A stretch of 63,857 nucleotides of DNA, counting the filler, from Folioceros fuciformis (Eukaryota), in the NCBI GenBank assembly GCA_049999805.1. It is 9 parts of 9 records of this genome, joined end to end, with 100 filler letters (N's around TTAATTAATTAA, not from the genome) between each part and the next. Parts side by side here need not be neighbours in the genome. Positions count along the whole stretch, not along the records: positions 8,002 to 27,106 come from JBNGIO010005339.1; 8 more parts are not named here. One strand, written 5' to 3'. Positions 13,001-25,400 of this stretch are shown in pieces. Every line of letters begins with the position of its first letter. Positions within the stretch are counted from its first letter, which is position 1. A program made the translations under genes and the position numbers. The notes beneath the pieces were generated by a model that had not been told where the DNA came from, did no database searches, and saw only the letters and a program-made list of their open reading frames with translations.

Positions 13001-15103
13001 GCACTTGGGAAGAGGTTCCCGATAACATTCCAAGTTGGACATCTTAACCAACTTGTCCTTGTTAGCATGACCGAGACGGGCATGCCAGAGTTGTGCTAGA
13101 GCAGCCTGAGACCTATCAACGAGATGGACACTGTTAGCAAGAAGACACTGCATATCCAGCCTGTATAAATCCTGCACAAGTAAGCCCTGGGCAACAACAG
13201 AGGAGGATCCAGGCTCACTAAGTGTGCATCCGCTAGCACTGAATTTAAGCTCTAAATTCTTGAGCTGCATCAACTGGCTAAAAGAGAGTAGGTGCTTTGC
13301 CATGTTAGGTACGAAGAGGACATTGTCAATCTGGAAAGTCTGGCCATTAGACTGCCGGAAAGAGCAAGAGCCACGACCAAGAATTTTCAGACCTGTCCTA
13401 GTGAGTTCATCACCAAATAGGACTTTTTCAGCTGTGTGAAGAGGAGTGAAATTACTCATCAATTTTCTGTTGTGACAGACGTGTGCTGTTGCTCCTGAAT
13501 CGAGATACCAGGCATCATCAAGCCTGGAAGCTGCAGACAGGCAAACGGTCAATATCACTGCTTGCTTGCCAATTGAAGAGGCCTTTGTCGGCTTGGCCTT
13601 GGAAACCGTATTAGCCTCAAACATTTTGTTAGTTTTCTCGGCCTTTTTAGGTTCTCTAGATTTCTTCTTCCTACACTCTCGTTCCCAATGACCGAGAGAA
13701 CCACACCAGTTGCAGGACCCTTGCCTTTTGATCTGTCCTGGTCTTGAATCTTTCGAAGATCCAGCTACAGATAAAAGCTTGTCTCTGCCTTGTGGTTTAA
13801 ATTTGGTTGTAGAAAGTACTTTGTCAGAAAGTACTTTGGTGCGACCAGAGTTGGAGTGAGGTTGACGGGATTGCTCTTCCTGGAAGAGAGCGCCAACAAC
13901 ATCTGCAAAATTGATCATGACTGGTTGTCCTGTAGTAGCAGCTTTGCCTGCATCTCTAAGCGTGGCACCATAACTGGTAACGAAGGACTGATAGCTGGGA
14001 GGAAGGCTTGTTAGAAGTTGTACAACTGCATCAAGTTCGGGCATGGGAAAACCAAGGGAGATCAAATTGGCTCGAAGTTGTCTGAACTTCATCACGAAAG
14101 CAGCAACCTTTTCTCCTTCCCGCATGCGCAGAGTGAAGAGTTCACTCCGGACGGCACACAAGGTAAGCACGTTCTTCACGTCGTACGTCTGTGCTAACTG
14201 TGTCCAGATGTCTTCAGCCTTAGGGAGGAAGGCCACATCAGGCACTAACACATCGTCCAGCGTGCTAATGATGAGTGCACGTGCGACAGTGTTAGCGTTC
14301 TCCCACCTGTCCTGGTCAGCTTGAGGAGAAGTGACAACGGGTTGTTGGAACTGCCCGCTCACGACGCTCCACACATGCCGAGCATCAAGGGCTGCACGCA
14401 TACGAACGCTCCATACAAGGTATTTAGTTCCATTGAACCTATCACGTTCCTTAAATTCTATTGTGTAGGTTGGCTGGTATGTGGAGAAAGGAGGCAGAAA
14501 GGCAGCCTGTTGCGCCTGCTGTGCCAGCGCTGTGCTTGGCAAAGGTGGAGTCGGTGGCCCTTGTTTAGGCAGAGGTCCTTGTCCAAGCCCTGTTCCTTGC
14601 CCGCTCACGGGATTTCCATACCCGACTCCATATCCCGGTAGGGGATTGGCAAATCCAGCTCCTAGTGTAGGCAAAGGATTCCCATATCCCGCTCGGAGAG
14701 ATGGCAGGGGGTTGAAATATCGTGCAGCAGAGAAACTCGGGTAGGATGAGACACCAGATGCTTGGGCAGCAGGGAAAGTTGCTCCAGCGCCAGTCGAGGT
14801 GAAGTATGGTCCTGTGGCAAAGTTGTTAAACATGCCAGTGTTGCTCTGACCTGATATGCCTGCAGGATTGCTGGAGTTGTTAATTCCTGTGTTTCCTGCC
14901 GCGTTTGTTGTAAGCATGAAGGTGCCGAGCGATCCGTGCGTTTGAGGGCTTGGAGTTGAAGAGATCCCCGCGGCAGTGGGTGCACCTACATCAGTTGAGG
15001 CGCCTGCCTCCGGGGTAGCACCTGCAACAGACCCAGGATCTCCAGCAAAGAGCCCGAGATCATCATCAGCATCGGAGCCCGTGTCTCCAGAATGTTCAGC
15101 CAT
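10011..15103 (-). pseudogene. gag-pol polyprotein of nested Copia (frameshifted)
   Basis: DRFNGTKY, CNWCGSLGHWEREC, WYLDSGAT, LVHADISG, PQQNGVAERRN, LYGLKQ, LYVDD, YADADWA and RTKHI, spread over several frames. Confidence 0.93.
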
Positions 15104-16309
15104 ATTTTCGGTGCAAAGTCAAAAACGCCTGTTTTCTGATTGTGTGGTGTTGACAAGAAACGGGATTCCGAGGATGTCAGGTGGCAAGTGATTAGGAGGC
15201 AAAGCGGCAGACTAGCGATTAGAAGGCAAAGCGGCAGGTTGGGGCCGCTTGAAATCCTATCCTTCCGCTAGAGCACGTTGCTTGGAGTCCCGTCGCTCCA
15301 CTGATGCTCGCGTTGCCATCCCTCCGCAGATGCAGGAAGAAACCCTACCCGCGACGCTTCGGATCTCCCTTGCTCGATTGCGAATTTGCCAAGCAAGGAG
15401 TCGGGGGATTCCCGCTAAGGTCACAGGATGGTGCGCCGACAGTCGTCGGCTACAGGATCCCCGCTGATCTCGAGATCCTCACTAAATCTCTTGACCAAGA
15501 TATACAATTGTTCCTTAATCTCGTTGATTTCCAGGAAAAAAATTTGCTCTGTAAGAGCTTGTGTTCGCGTCGTATGCCTAAACAGCATCACTTGAAGGTC
15601 TCCTAGGTTAGCAGCAGGTTCACCAGCAACCTCACTGAGCAAGTGAAATCGAGAGGCTTCTAATGCATGATTATGCCTAGATGCTTGCTCACGACTGTTC
15701 TGTGATTTTCGTTTATCCTGTTGCAGTTTCCTAAATCTAACTTCTATGTCAGGATAACTTTTAGGAGTATGGGGCCTAGGAGGCCTGGAAACCTGGACTT
15801 GTGAAGTTCTAGTCACTAGAGAATTTGTGGGAAGTTGGGCTGAGTGCCTCTGGTGGTCACTTTCCCTAAAGAAGCTTCGAGTGCCAGGCTCCTGAGTTTT
15901 GTTTCTGCGAGGCATCTTGCGCCTAAGATATATTCTGCATATCTCCCTTAGCAGTGCAGCGGAAATGTTTTTGCGTGCCAAGTGAAAATTAGGAAATACA
16001 CATATGATATATTCCCCATTTATTGAATTAGCACGAAAATGTAGTTCGCAATTTTTGATGAAGGAAAAACTACTGAGAAGTATAGGACGATAGTGCGTTG
16101 AGAAGTATAGGACGATAGTGCGTAGAATCTAAATATGATAGCCTGTATTCCTTAATAATGACTTCTTTCATGAAAAGTGACTTCTTTCATGAAAAATAAT
16201 GCAACCATATGATAGCCTGTATTCCTTAATAGTGACTTCTTTCATGAAAAGTGACTTCTTTCATGAAAAATAATGCAACCAAAAATTATCAGAGAAGCTC
16301 TTGATACCA

Positions 16310-16499
16310 TGAAAAAAACTCCTAGGGAGAGACACAACAAACTTTTCAATGAATAATAACAATGATGATCATTAAGTTCACAAAGAGTTGTCCGTATATA
16401 CTAAACCCTAAGTGTTACTACACATAATCCTTCGTTATATATATAACCCTAAACTAGGTAACTAGTGGCCGTGGTTATAATAACCCCTGGGGTTTAACA
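16310..16499 (-). repeat. 5' LTR of nested Copia
   Basis: Adjacent to the PBS and matches 9374-9563. Confidence 0.95.
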
Positions 16500-16504
16500 G
16501 AAGC

Positions 16505-18348
16505 CAAGAGGATGGTTCGCAGCAATGACGTGTTCTTCAATGAGACCATGAGACCAAGATGCACAAGAAGCCTACTCCAACTGTGGAAGTGCGACGGGTG
16601 GTCTTTCAAGAAGATGGACTTCATCGTCCCGCGCAGGTTGAACGTCGTGCTGTGCAAGAACAAGTTTCTCCACTTGTAGAAGAGGAGAGAGTGCAACCAG
16701 CTCCTGTCAAGGCGCTAGTGCTTCGTAGGTCAGGAAGGATCTCACGTCCTCCTGACAGGTATGTTGCATCTCTTGATTATGTTATGCTGACGGATTGTGG
16801 GGAGCCCTCTTGTTACCAAGAGGCCATGTCAATGACTGACAAGGACAAGTGGGAGAAGGCGATGCAGTCGCAAATGGATTCGCTCCACAAGAACCAAACT
16901 TGGGAGTTGGTTCGGTTGCCTAAGGGCAAGAAGGCGTTGCCATGCAAATGGGTGTATAAGATGAAGGACATACCCCATTATGACAAACCCAAGTACAAGG
17001 CACGATTGGTTGCTAAGGGTTTTAAGCAACAGCAAGGCATTGACTTTGATGAGACCAAGTTGTCAAAATGACCACCTTGCGATGTGTCCTTGGTCTGGTT
17101 GCGAGGCACGACATGGAACTTATCCAGATGGATGTGAAGTCAGCATTTCTGCATGGTGATCTCTAGGAAGAGGTTTACATGCAGCAACCAGAGGGTTTCA
17201 TTGAGAAGGGCAAAGAAAGTCTGGTGTGCAGGTTAAAGAAGAGTCTTTATGGTTTGAAGCAGGCACCCATGGAGTGGTATTTCAAATTCCACTCGTTTTT
17301 GCTTTCTCAAGGCTACAAACGTAGTGATGAGGATCATTGTCTCTATATGAAGCAAGCTAAGGATGGAAGCTTGCTCATTCTGGTCCTCTATGTGGATGAT
17401 ATGTTAATTGCTGGGACTAACAGTGATGAGATTTCAGCGTTGAAGTCAAAGTTGAATGGTCGCTTTGACATAACAGACTTGGGAGAGGCAAGCCATATTC
17501 TTCGCATGCGTATTCGTCGAGACAGACAGAACCATTTGCTTTACTTGTCTCAGACTGAATACATTAACAAGGACTTCAACGTTTCAATATGGAGAAGGGG
17601 AAGGTATTAAGTACTCCGTTGCCTCCATATGTGAAACTTTCAAGCAAGGATTGTCCAAGCTCTGCGAAGGACAAAGCTGAAATGGAGAAGGTTCCATACT
17701 CATCAGCTGTAGGGAGTTTGATGTATGCAATGATTGCTACACGTCCTGACATTGCCTTTGCAGTGAGAGTGGTTAGTAGGTTTATGGCAAACCCTGACAG
17801 GAAGCATTGGGAGGTAGTGAAACGAGTTATGAGGTACTTGAATGGTACGAAAGCTTTGTGCATATGTTTTGGTAGTGAAGATGCATCTGTCATGGGATAT
17901 ACAGATGCGGATTATGTAGGGGATATGGACAAAAGGAGGTTCACATCCGATTATGTCTTCATGTGCACTGGAGGGGCAGTCTTATGGCGATCGCGTTTGC
18001 AATCGTGCATAACGCTATCTACCACAAAGGCCGAGTATGTTGCAGCGACTGAGGCATGCAAGGAAGCCATGTGGCTTGCTCGTTTAGTGGGAGATTTGGG
18101 GATCAAGGTTGAGCTGCCAATGTTGCATTGTGATAGCCAGAGTGCTATCCAATTGGCGAAGAATCCAGTGTTTCATGCGAAGACCAAACATGTGGAAGTG
18201 AAGTATCACTTTATTTGAGAGGTGTTGGAAGACAAGAGGGTACAACTTGTCAAAGTTCACACCAGTCAGAACCCTGCAGATGTTCTTACCAAGGGGCTCT
18301 CTTTGGAGTAATTCACACAAGCTTGGACACTCATAGGCATGAGGTAGG
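16505..18348 (+). pseudogene. Host Tork-like pol: integrase tail, RT, RNase H (frameshifted)
   Basis: YKARLVAKGF, SLYGLKQ, LYVDDML, YTDADY, CDSQSAI and AKTKHVEVKYHF. Confidence 0.92.
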
Positions 18349-18389
18349 CCACTCTCCTATGAAGGTAAATTGACCTTTAAGGGGGAGGT

Positions 18390-18660
18390 TGTAGGGTTAT
18401 TCAAGCCCAATGTGCTTAGACTAATGTGTTTAGTCTAAGATTAGTGTCTAGTTAAGTATCATTAGTTTAGTTTAGCTTAAGCTAATCTGTAGGAAGCTTC
18501 TTGTGAAGCTTCTAGGGAGCTCTTCTAGAGGGTATAAATACCCCCTTGAGCTCCCTTGTATTGTGTGACTCTATTGTGAGAGTGTGACCTCTCTTTCTCC
18601 TCTCCTCCTTGCCTCCTCCTCTCTTCTCCTTCACCATGTAGCTCCTAGAGCGTTCCTTCA
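18390..18660 (+). repeat. 3' LTR, family A
   Basis: TG...CA, 271 bp, directly after the PPT; contains TATAAATA. Confidence 0.93.
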
Positions 18661-19160
18661 ATGAGTTTACGAAGGCCACTACCAACAGTCCCTCTTCCTG
18701 GGTATAGGCCATACGCCTTGTGTTTTTTTGGGACCCTTCATGTGTGATCCCTTTTGCATACATGTGACGTAGATTGATGTGAACTTCTTTTGGCAGTGAA
18801 TCTCAAGAAAAAGATAGGGAGGAATCCCCTAGTCAAGATAGCAAGGAGTTCCTTCACTCTATGCAAGGAAGAAGGGTGAAGAGAAGACGGTCTCCAACTG
18901 ATCAAGGGGCTTACTTCTTTTTGCTCAAAGTTTAGCTGCTATTGAGTTTGCTAAAATATCAAATTAATTGCAGTTGCAGAAGCTACTCTTAGAACATGAG
19001 AGGAAGAACCAGTTGGAGATGTAGAAGCTTATGTTAGAACATGAAATTATGAGAGAGCAAATTCATACAGAGAACCACGTTCGCATGGTAGAAGCCTTAG
19101 CTGCAAGGAGGTCTCCTAAGAAAGCAAGGGATGACAAAGAGAGCCTTGATGACATTAACT
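18661..19160 (+). pseudogene. Decayed coiled-coil ORF, possibly the C-terminus of a Harbinger Myb-like protein
   Basis: Stop-interrupted reading ...LQKLLLEHERKNQLEM*KLMLEHEIMREQIH...; resemblance is weak. Confidence 0.3.
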
Positions 19161-19479
19161 TATGTTCCATTTTTAGGTTTGCATGCATTTTGGTGTGCAA
19201 CCTTTCTCTCCCCTCTTTGTATTTTGGTGTGCAATAGTATAAGATTTTTATTCATATAGTTATGGATTATTTATTTATTTATTTATTTATTTTCTACAAT
19301 GATGAGATACACTCCTCCTCCTCATTTACAATTATCTAGAATGATGTCATCTTCTTCCCTATTTGAACATTCTTTTTTTTTCCAATGATCCCTAGAGGAG
19401 AATATGCAGCTCCATAGGAGCTGCGTATTCTAGAGGAGAATGTCCTCTAGAACCTTGGCGATTAGGGGGTTAGGGCTTG

Positions 19480-21312
19480 TGGACCCTCTGAGTAAGTCTA
19501 AGGCATTACACGCATAGTGGATCATTAGGGCAGCTGATCCATCCCCTTACCCATGGAAGAGCTTCCTTATCCAACACTTGAAATATACTTAGGCTGTTCC
19601 GCAGGGGCAACGATGTGTGGACAACATCTTGGTGGACAGGCCCCTACTAGACACTAGCAACTGTTCCCCGCTCTTCAAGACAATTTGGTTCAGCTATTTG
19701 GAGGTTAAGAATCTTCTTCGCCCAACTCTCCCTCTTTCCTTGGATGATGTACTTAGGCTCCCCTTGCAAGGATATCACCAACTATGGAGGTAGGAGTTCA
19801 TCGCGCCGGTTTATCAATCCCAAACATTCAGTAGGGCAGGCAAACAAGGCCTGTCTTGTGTGGGCCATCTGTGGTGTAGGCAAGGAAATTGCCGGAAAGG
19901 GATCGACACGCTAAAGGGAGAGTTTGATCTCCCTACTCGCCATCTTAGGCTCATCTTTAGGTGGCTTCAGAATGGTATTTCAGAAAGCGGCATAAAGGTG
20001 CTGCGGGTTCAAACGGAGGTCGGAGGGGACTCATGGGCAACCTATGAGATGGAAGGCACGGAAGAAGAGGAGGATATGGAGGGGGAGCCGGCTCTCCTTG
20101 ACTTTGATTGGGCAGTGTATATCTTCATACCAAACCAACAACCGGTTGCTTTGTCCTTCACAGTTGCATCTCCATGTGGGTTTCTTGCAGGATAGGCTAG
20201 AGAGGAGTTTGCCTTTGGCAATGGAGTCCTATGTCCAATCACGGTTCTCTATCACTCGACTCGAGCAGGTAGGTGGCTTACCACTGACGAAATACCAAGT
20301 GGTCATCAATTTGCTATCGCAACCAAGAGCATGTGTTGGTTTCGGCTTGCGAAGAACTCTGATCTTACTATGAGGCCTAACCTTTGGCATTGGCCTAAGC
20401 CCCCGGGTGGTTCTAGTGATAGTTTGCACTCTTTCTTTGACATGTGCATCGTAGATATCTACCACTGGCTCATCAAGAAGCAAAGGAGTAGCAAGCGTGA
20501 ACCAGTGGCCTTAAGGTACAGGCTTCCCATTGCCCGACAACACTTGGCTCTCAAACTCCTTTGGATGGCCGTTGGCATTCCTCCAAAGGTCAAGTTCCTC
20601 GTCTGGTGTTTGTTTCAAGTTTGTTTACCTATAGCGGATCGGTGGGATGGGCTACTAGCGGTAGTAGGGGAGGAATTTTGTAGGATGTGCCCCCTTGGTG
20701 CTCCTAACAAAAGCCAACATTTGTTCTTCCGGTGCACCTATGCTTAGGAAGTCTGTAGATGGTTGCAGCGCCTCTTTCCAGTGGCGAATATTTCTGTTAC
20801 AGAGCAGACATCTATCTTTGGCCTTAGACAGTCGTCTGGCAAGCCTCTCTTCTGGTTCTAATGGTGGGGCTTACTGTGGAGCTCTTGCCTCTACGGTCTA
20901 TGGTTAAATTGGACAGAGGTAGTGTACGGTGGTAAGGATCCATTGTCACTCAAGGCCATGCTTTGGACTATTTGGGGGCAGGTACTCATTGCGGCAAAAG
21001 GGATAAGGGCCAACTCATCGAGGAAATTCAAACGTAGCGATTGACGTCGAGCTGGTTTTCTCATTTCGAGAAATGAGATGAGATGGAACCCCCTATGCCC
21101 TTGGAGGACGTAAGACCATTGGTGTATCACCAGTGCGGTGGTGGGATCTATCTCGTCGATACATCGCTCCTCAGGGGCTGCTACCTCAGGGGCTTTATCA
21201 ACTTGTCTAAAAATGCTAGCCGCATAGGACATTCGTTCCTTGCCTAGCATCTTGTATTGCCTTCTCTAGCACAAGCTATTATAATCCGACCTTTTTTCCA
21301 CGAAAAAAAAAA
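19480..21312 (+). mobile_element. Degenerate L1-type LINE 3' fragment (zf-RVT) with poly(A)
   Basis: LW..GIPPKVKFLVW...LP....C..C.....HLFFRC.YA zf-RVT motif at about 20560-20745; A10 tract at 21303-21312. The 5' boundary is approximate. Confidence 0.75.
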
Positions 21313-21586
21313 GCGAAGAGGAAAGGGAAAGGCTGCATACCAAAGTGGAAAGAGGAAAGGAAAACTCTACTAACCTAAAATGTGTGTGAGAAGGTGGTCT
21401 TATATAGGCCTTGGCTGTATTATGAAAAGGCATTTATCATTAAATCCATATTACCATCCTGGGTTTGGTGCCTGACCATTAAATATAGGCCTGCACAAGT
21501 CAAGTTGCGAGACAGTACGCCATGAAAGCCTAAATTAAATGTAGGCTTGCACAGGTCAAGTTGCGAGACACTACGCCGTAAAAGCC

Positions 21587-21705
21587 TAACAGCGATCCAT
21601 CACCGTGCTATCGCAATTTTTCTTTGTTTAGCCTTCATAATGGTAACAGCGATCCATCACCGTGCTATCGCAATTTTTCTTTGTTTAGCCTTCATAATGG
21701 TAACT
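21587..21705. repeat. 57-bp tandem duplication
   Basis: TAACAGCGATCCATCACCGTGCTATCGCAATTTTTCTTTGTTTAGCCTTCATAATGG x2. Confidence 0.9.
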
Positions 21706-22421
21706 ATTACTGCGCTGTTCATTTTGTCGCCTATGTTCAAAGATTATTCAATAACTCACATAACAAAATGAAAATTGTGGTTAAAATAAAATATAGTCTA
21801 TTAGACAACTCATACAAAGGGAATATGAAGTTAAAAATGTAACTGCGGTTATTGAAGCTGAAGGTGCATTTGATAGCTCATTCAACAAAGGAACCTAGGA
21901 TTAGACCTGTAACTAAAATTACCATATTTCAAGATTATGGGACTGGACATGTAACTTAAGCTAATATAACTCAAGATTCATTCCAAAGGGTATATGAAGT
22001 TCGAAATAGAATAGAATATAATTGAAAATATATTTAAAATATTATTTATATATATAAGTAAATAAATAAATAATGACCATGCAACATAGGATGATACATA
22101 TACATCTATCCCAAGACAAACTTACACGGCAGTTTTGGAATTTCCCCGATTGCATTCCTGATCATCTTTGCATTCTTGAGCATCTTTGTGCCTCGGTGTT
22201 GTTTTTGCTTGTGATACACGTAGCGGTTTAGGCCCACTTGGAGAGGTCGTATACAAATACAAATAAAGCGGACATTTTAGACAGAGAATTGTCACAAGGA
22301 TGCAACACGCTTGCCGTTCCCGACCAAAGAGACAAACACACACGTTGGAGCTTGGGCATGGCTCTTCACCAAACGCAAATACACGACGTCTGTTACAGAG
22401 CGCCTAAATCCAATCACACCG

Positions 22422-25400
22422 ATGGCTTGGCCATTTCAAGATCATCAGAGTTGTCACGTCCGTTGGCCATTGATTACATTCAACCGCCTGGCTATCGGCG
22501 CATCCACGACCCTGTTCGCGTGTTGCTGCTCCGCCGCTATGCCGCAGCGGGCTGGACTGGACATGCACATGGGTCTTCGTGTTGCTGATGCTCGAAAGTC
22601 TGCAGTGTACGAAATGTGTCTGTCATTTGGGGCCGTGAAGAAATTGTGTGATCAAGGGCAGCTCATTGAGGCTGTCGAGGCTCTGGGAGTTCTGGTGAGG
22701 AGAGACAGTGCTGTTTCTCAGTCTCTGTTTTATTCTGTTCTCAAAAAGTGTGTGGTTTACAAGGATTTGGGTCTGGGTCGCCGTGTCCACGCTCTAGCTG
22801 TGAAGGCGGGGTATGAGACGGACACATTTTTGTGTAACCATATCGTGCGAATGTATGCATCTCATGCCAGGTTGCAAGAAGCGATGGATGTGTTCACCAG
22901 AGTTGCCCAACCGGATGCCTTCATGTGGTCTTCGATAATCACTGCACATGTTAACCGCGGACAAGCTAAGCAGGGCGTAGAACTGTACCACTGGATGCGT
23001 GAGTCAGGTGTGAAGCCAGATGGGCATGTATTTGTGGCAGCGCTTCAGGCTTGTGCAAGGGGAGCAGACTTGGAGACTGGGCAGCAGTTGCATGCTGACG
23101 TCTTAGCCAGTGACGTTGAGCGTGATGCTTTTATTTGTAACTCCTTGTTGGACATGTATGCCAAGTGTGGCAGCTTGGACGACGCTCGTAGATTGTTTGA
23201 TGGACTTGCTCAGAAGACGGTTGTGATGTGGACCACTCTGATAGCAGGATACGCTCAGCAGGGCATGGGGTGCGAAGCTCTTCGTCTTTATGAGGCTATG
23301 CAAGAAGAGGGCATGCCTGCCAGTCCTGTGACGTTTGTGTGCCTCCTGCAGGCATGTGCAGGTGTGGGCACCCCGGCTATGGAACAGGGGAAGCAGTTAC
23401 ATGCACAGATAATTGAAAGAGGGTTTGAGGGTGATGTGTTTGTGGCCAACGGTTTGATCGACATGTATGCAAAGTGTGGTAGCCTAGAGGATGCTCAGGG
23501 AGTGTTCGATGGCCTTGGTGAACGAAATGTGGTCACGTGGAATGCCATGATAGGAGGTTATTCTCAGCAGGGCATGGGGCAAGTGGCACTTGATCTCTAC
23601 AGGTCTATGCAAGAAGAAGGAAAGATAGCACCTGATGCTGTGACATTCATGTGTCTCCTGCAGGCATGCGCGGGTGTGGGGACTCCGGCTCTGGAGACGG
23701 GGAAGCAGTTTCATACACAGATTCGAGAGTTAGGACTCCAAGCTCATGTGTTTGTAGCCAACAGTTTGGTGGATATGTACGCAAAGTGTGGCAGCGTGGA
23801 AGTTGCTCGGGACGTGTTCAACGGACTTAGTGAAAAAACCGTGGTAACATGGAATGCCATGATGGGAGGATATGTCCAGCAGGGCATGGGGCAGAAAGCC
23901 CTTGATCTTTATAGCTTAATGCAAGAAGAAGGCATGATTGCACCCAATCCTGTGACATTCGTTTGCCTCCTGCAGTCATGTGCTAATGTGGGCGCCCCAG
24001 CTTTGGAAACGGGGAAGCAGCTGCATGCACGGATTGGAGAACAAACGCTTCAGTCAGACGTCTTTGTGGCCAACAGTCTGGTGGACATGTATGCAAAGTG
24101 TGGCGGCATAGAGGATGCAAGGGGAGTGTTTGACAGACTGGGTCATACGAACGTTGTCATGTGGACCACCCTTATTTCAGGATATTCTCAGCGCGGCATG
24201 GGGGAGGAAGCCCTTCATCTGTACAGGGCTATGCAGGAAGAGGGACTGGTGGCACCCAACTCTGTGACATTTGCGTGCCTCCTTCAGGCATGTGCAAGTG
24301 AGGGGAGCCTGTCATTTGAGAAGGGAAAGCAGCTTCACGCAGAAATTACAGAACAGGGGCTTCTTGCTGATGTTTTTGTGGCCAACAGTTTGATAAACAT
24401 GTATACAAAGTGTGGCAGCCTTGACGATGCTCATGGCGTGTTCGATAGACTTGATCAAAAGAATGTAGTGACGTGGAATGTCATGATAGGAGGATATTCC
24501 CACCAGGGCATGGGGCAGGAAGCACTTCGCCTCTACAGGGCCATGCAAGAAGAAGGCATTTGTGCACCAGATTATGTGACATTTGCTTGCATCCTGCAGG
24601 CATGCTCAAGTGTGGGCTCGCAAGCTTTAGAGAAAGGAAAGCAGCTTCATGCACAAATCAGAGAACGGGGACTTCAGGCTGATGTAGTTGTTGGTGGGAG
24701 CCTGGTAAACATGTATGCTAAGTGTGGCAGCCTCAAGGATGCAGAGATTGTGTTTGACGGACTTGCCGAAAAGAATGTCGTGACGTGGACTTCTCTGATA
24801 GCAGGATATTCCCAGCAGGGTATGGGTCACGAAGCCCTTCGTCTATACCGGGCTATGGGAGCAGAAGGCATGGTTCCACCTGATTCTGTGACATTCGTGT
24901 GCCTCCTGCATGCGTGTGCCAGTGTAGCAGCTTTGCATGTCGGGAGGCAGCTTCATGCACAGATTAAAGTCAAAGGCCTTCAAGATGATGTTACGGTGGG
25001 CAATAGTTTGATTAATATGTATGCGAAGTCAGGGAGCATGGTGGATGCGCAGGAGGTATTTGACGCATTACCCGAACGAGATATTATGACCTGGAGTTCG
25101 CTTGTGGCAGGATACACGTCCAAAGGAGACAGTGAACAGGTATTTGACCTGGTTTTGAAAATGGAAGAGGATGGCATACAGCCAGATGGCGTAACCTTCC
25201 TCAGTGTGCTGACCGTATGCAGTCATACGGGTCTAGTAAACGAGGGGCAATATCACTTTGAGGCTATGAACAAACAGTATGGCATCAATCCTACAGTGGA
25301 GCACTACACATGCATAGTGGATCTTTTAGGTCGTGCAGGCAGGCTGGCTGAGTCACTCGCTTTGGTACAGGCCATGCCTGTACCGCCTAATGCTGCAGTT

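Larger units (their letters stand above)
9374..16499 (-). mobile_element. Full-length nested Copia LTR retrotransposon
   Basis: Two 190-bp LTRs (9374-9563, 16310-16499), TSD GAAGC (9369-9373, 16500-16504), PBS TGGTATCAAGAGC (16297-16309), PPT AAGGGGGTG (9564-9572) and all gag-pol domains. Confidence 0.97.
8002..18660 (+). mobile_element. Tork/Tnt1-like Copia element (5' LTR lost in gap), interrupted by a nested Copia
   Basis: Gag/protease at 8190-9126, integrase tail to 9373, resuming at 16500 through RT and RNase H; PPT AAGGGGGAGG, 3' LTR at 18390-18660. Confidence 0.92.
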
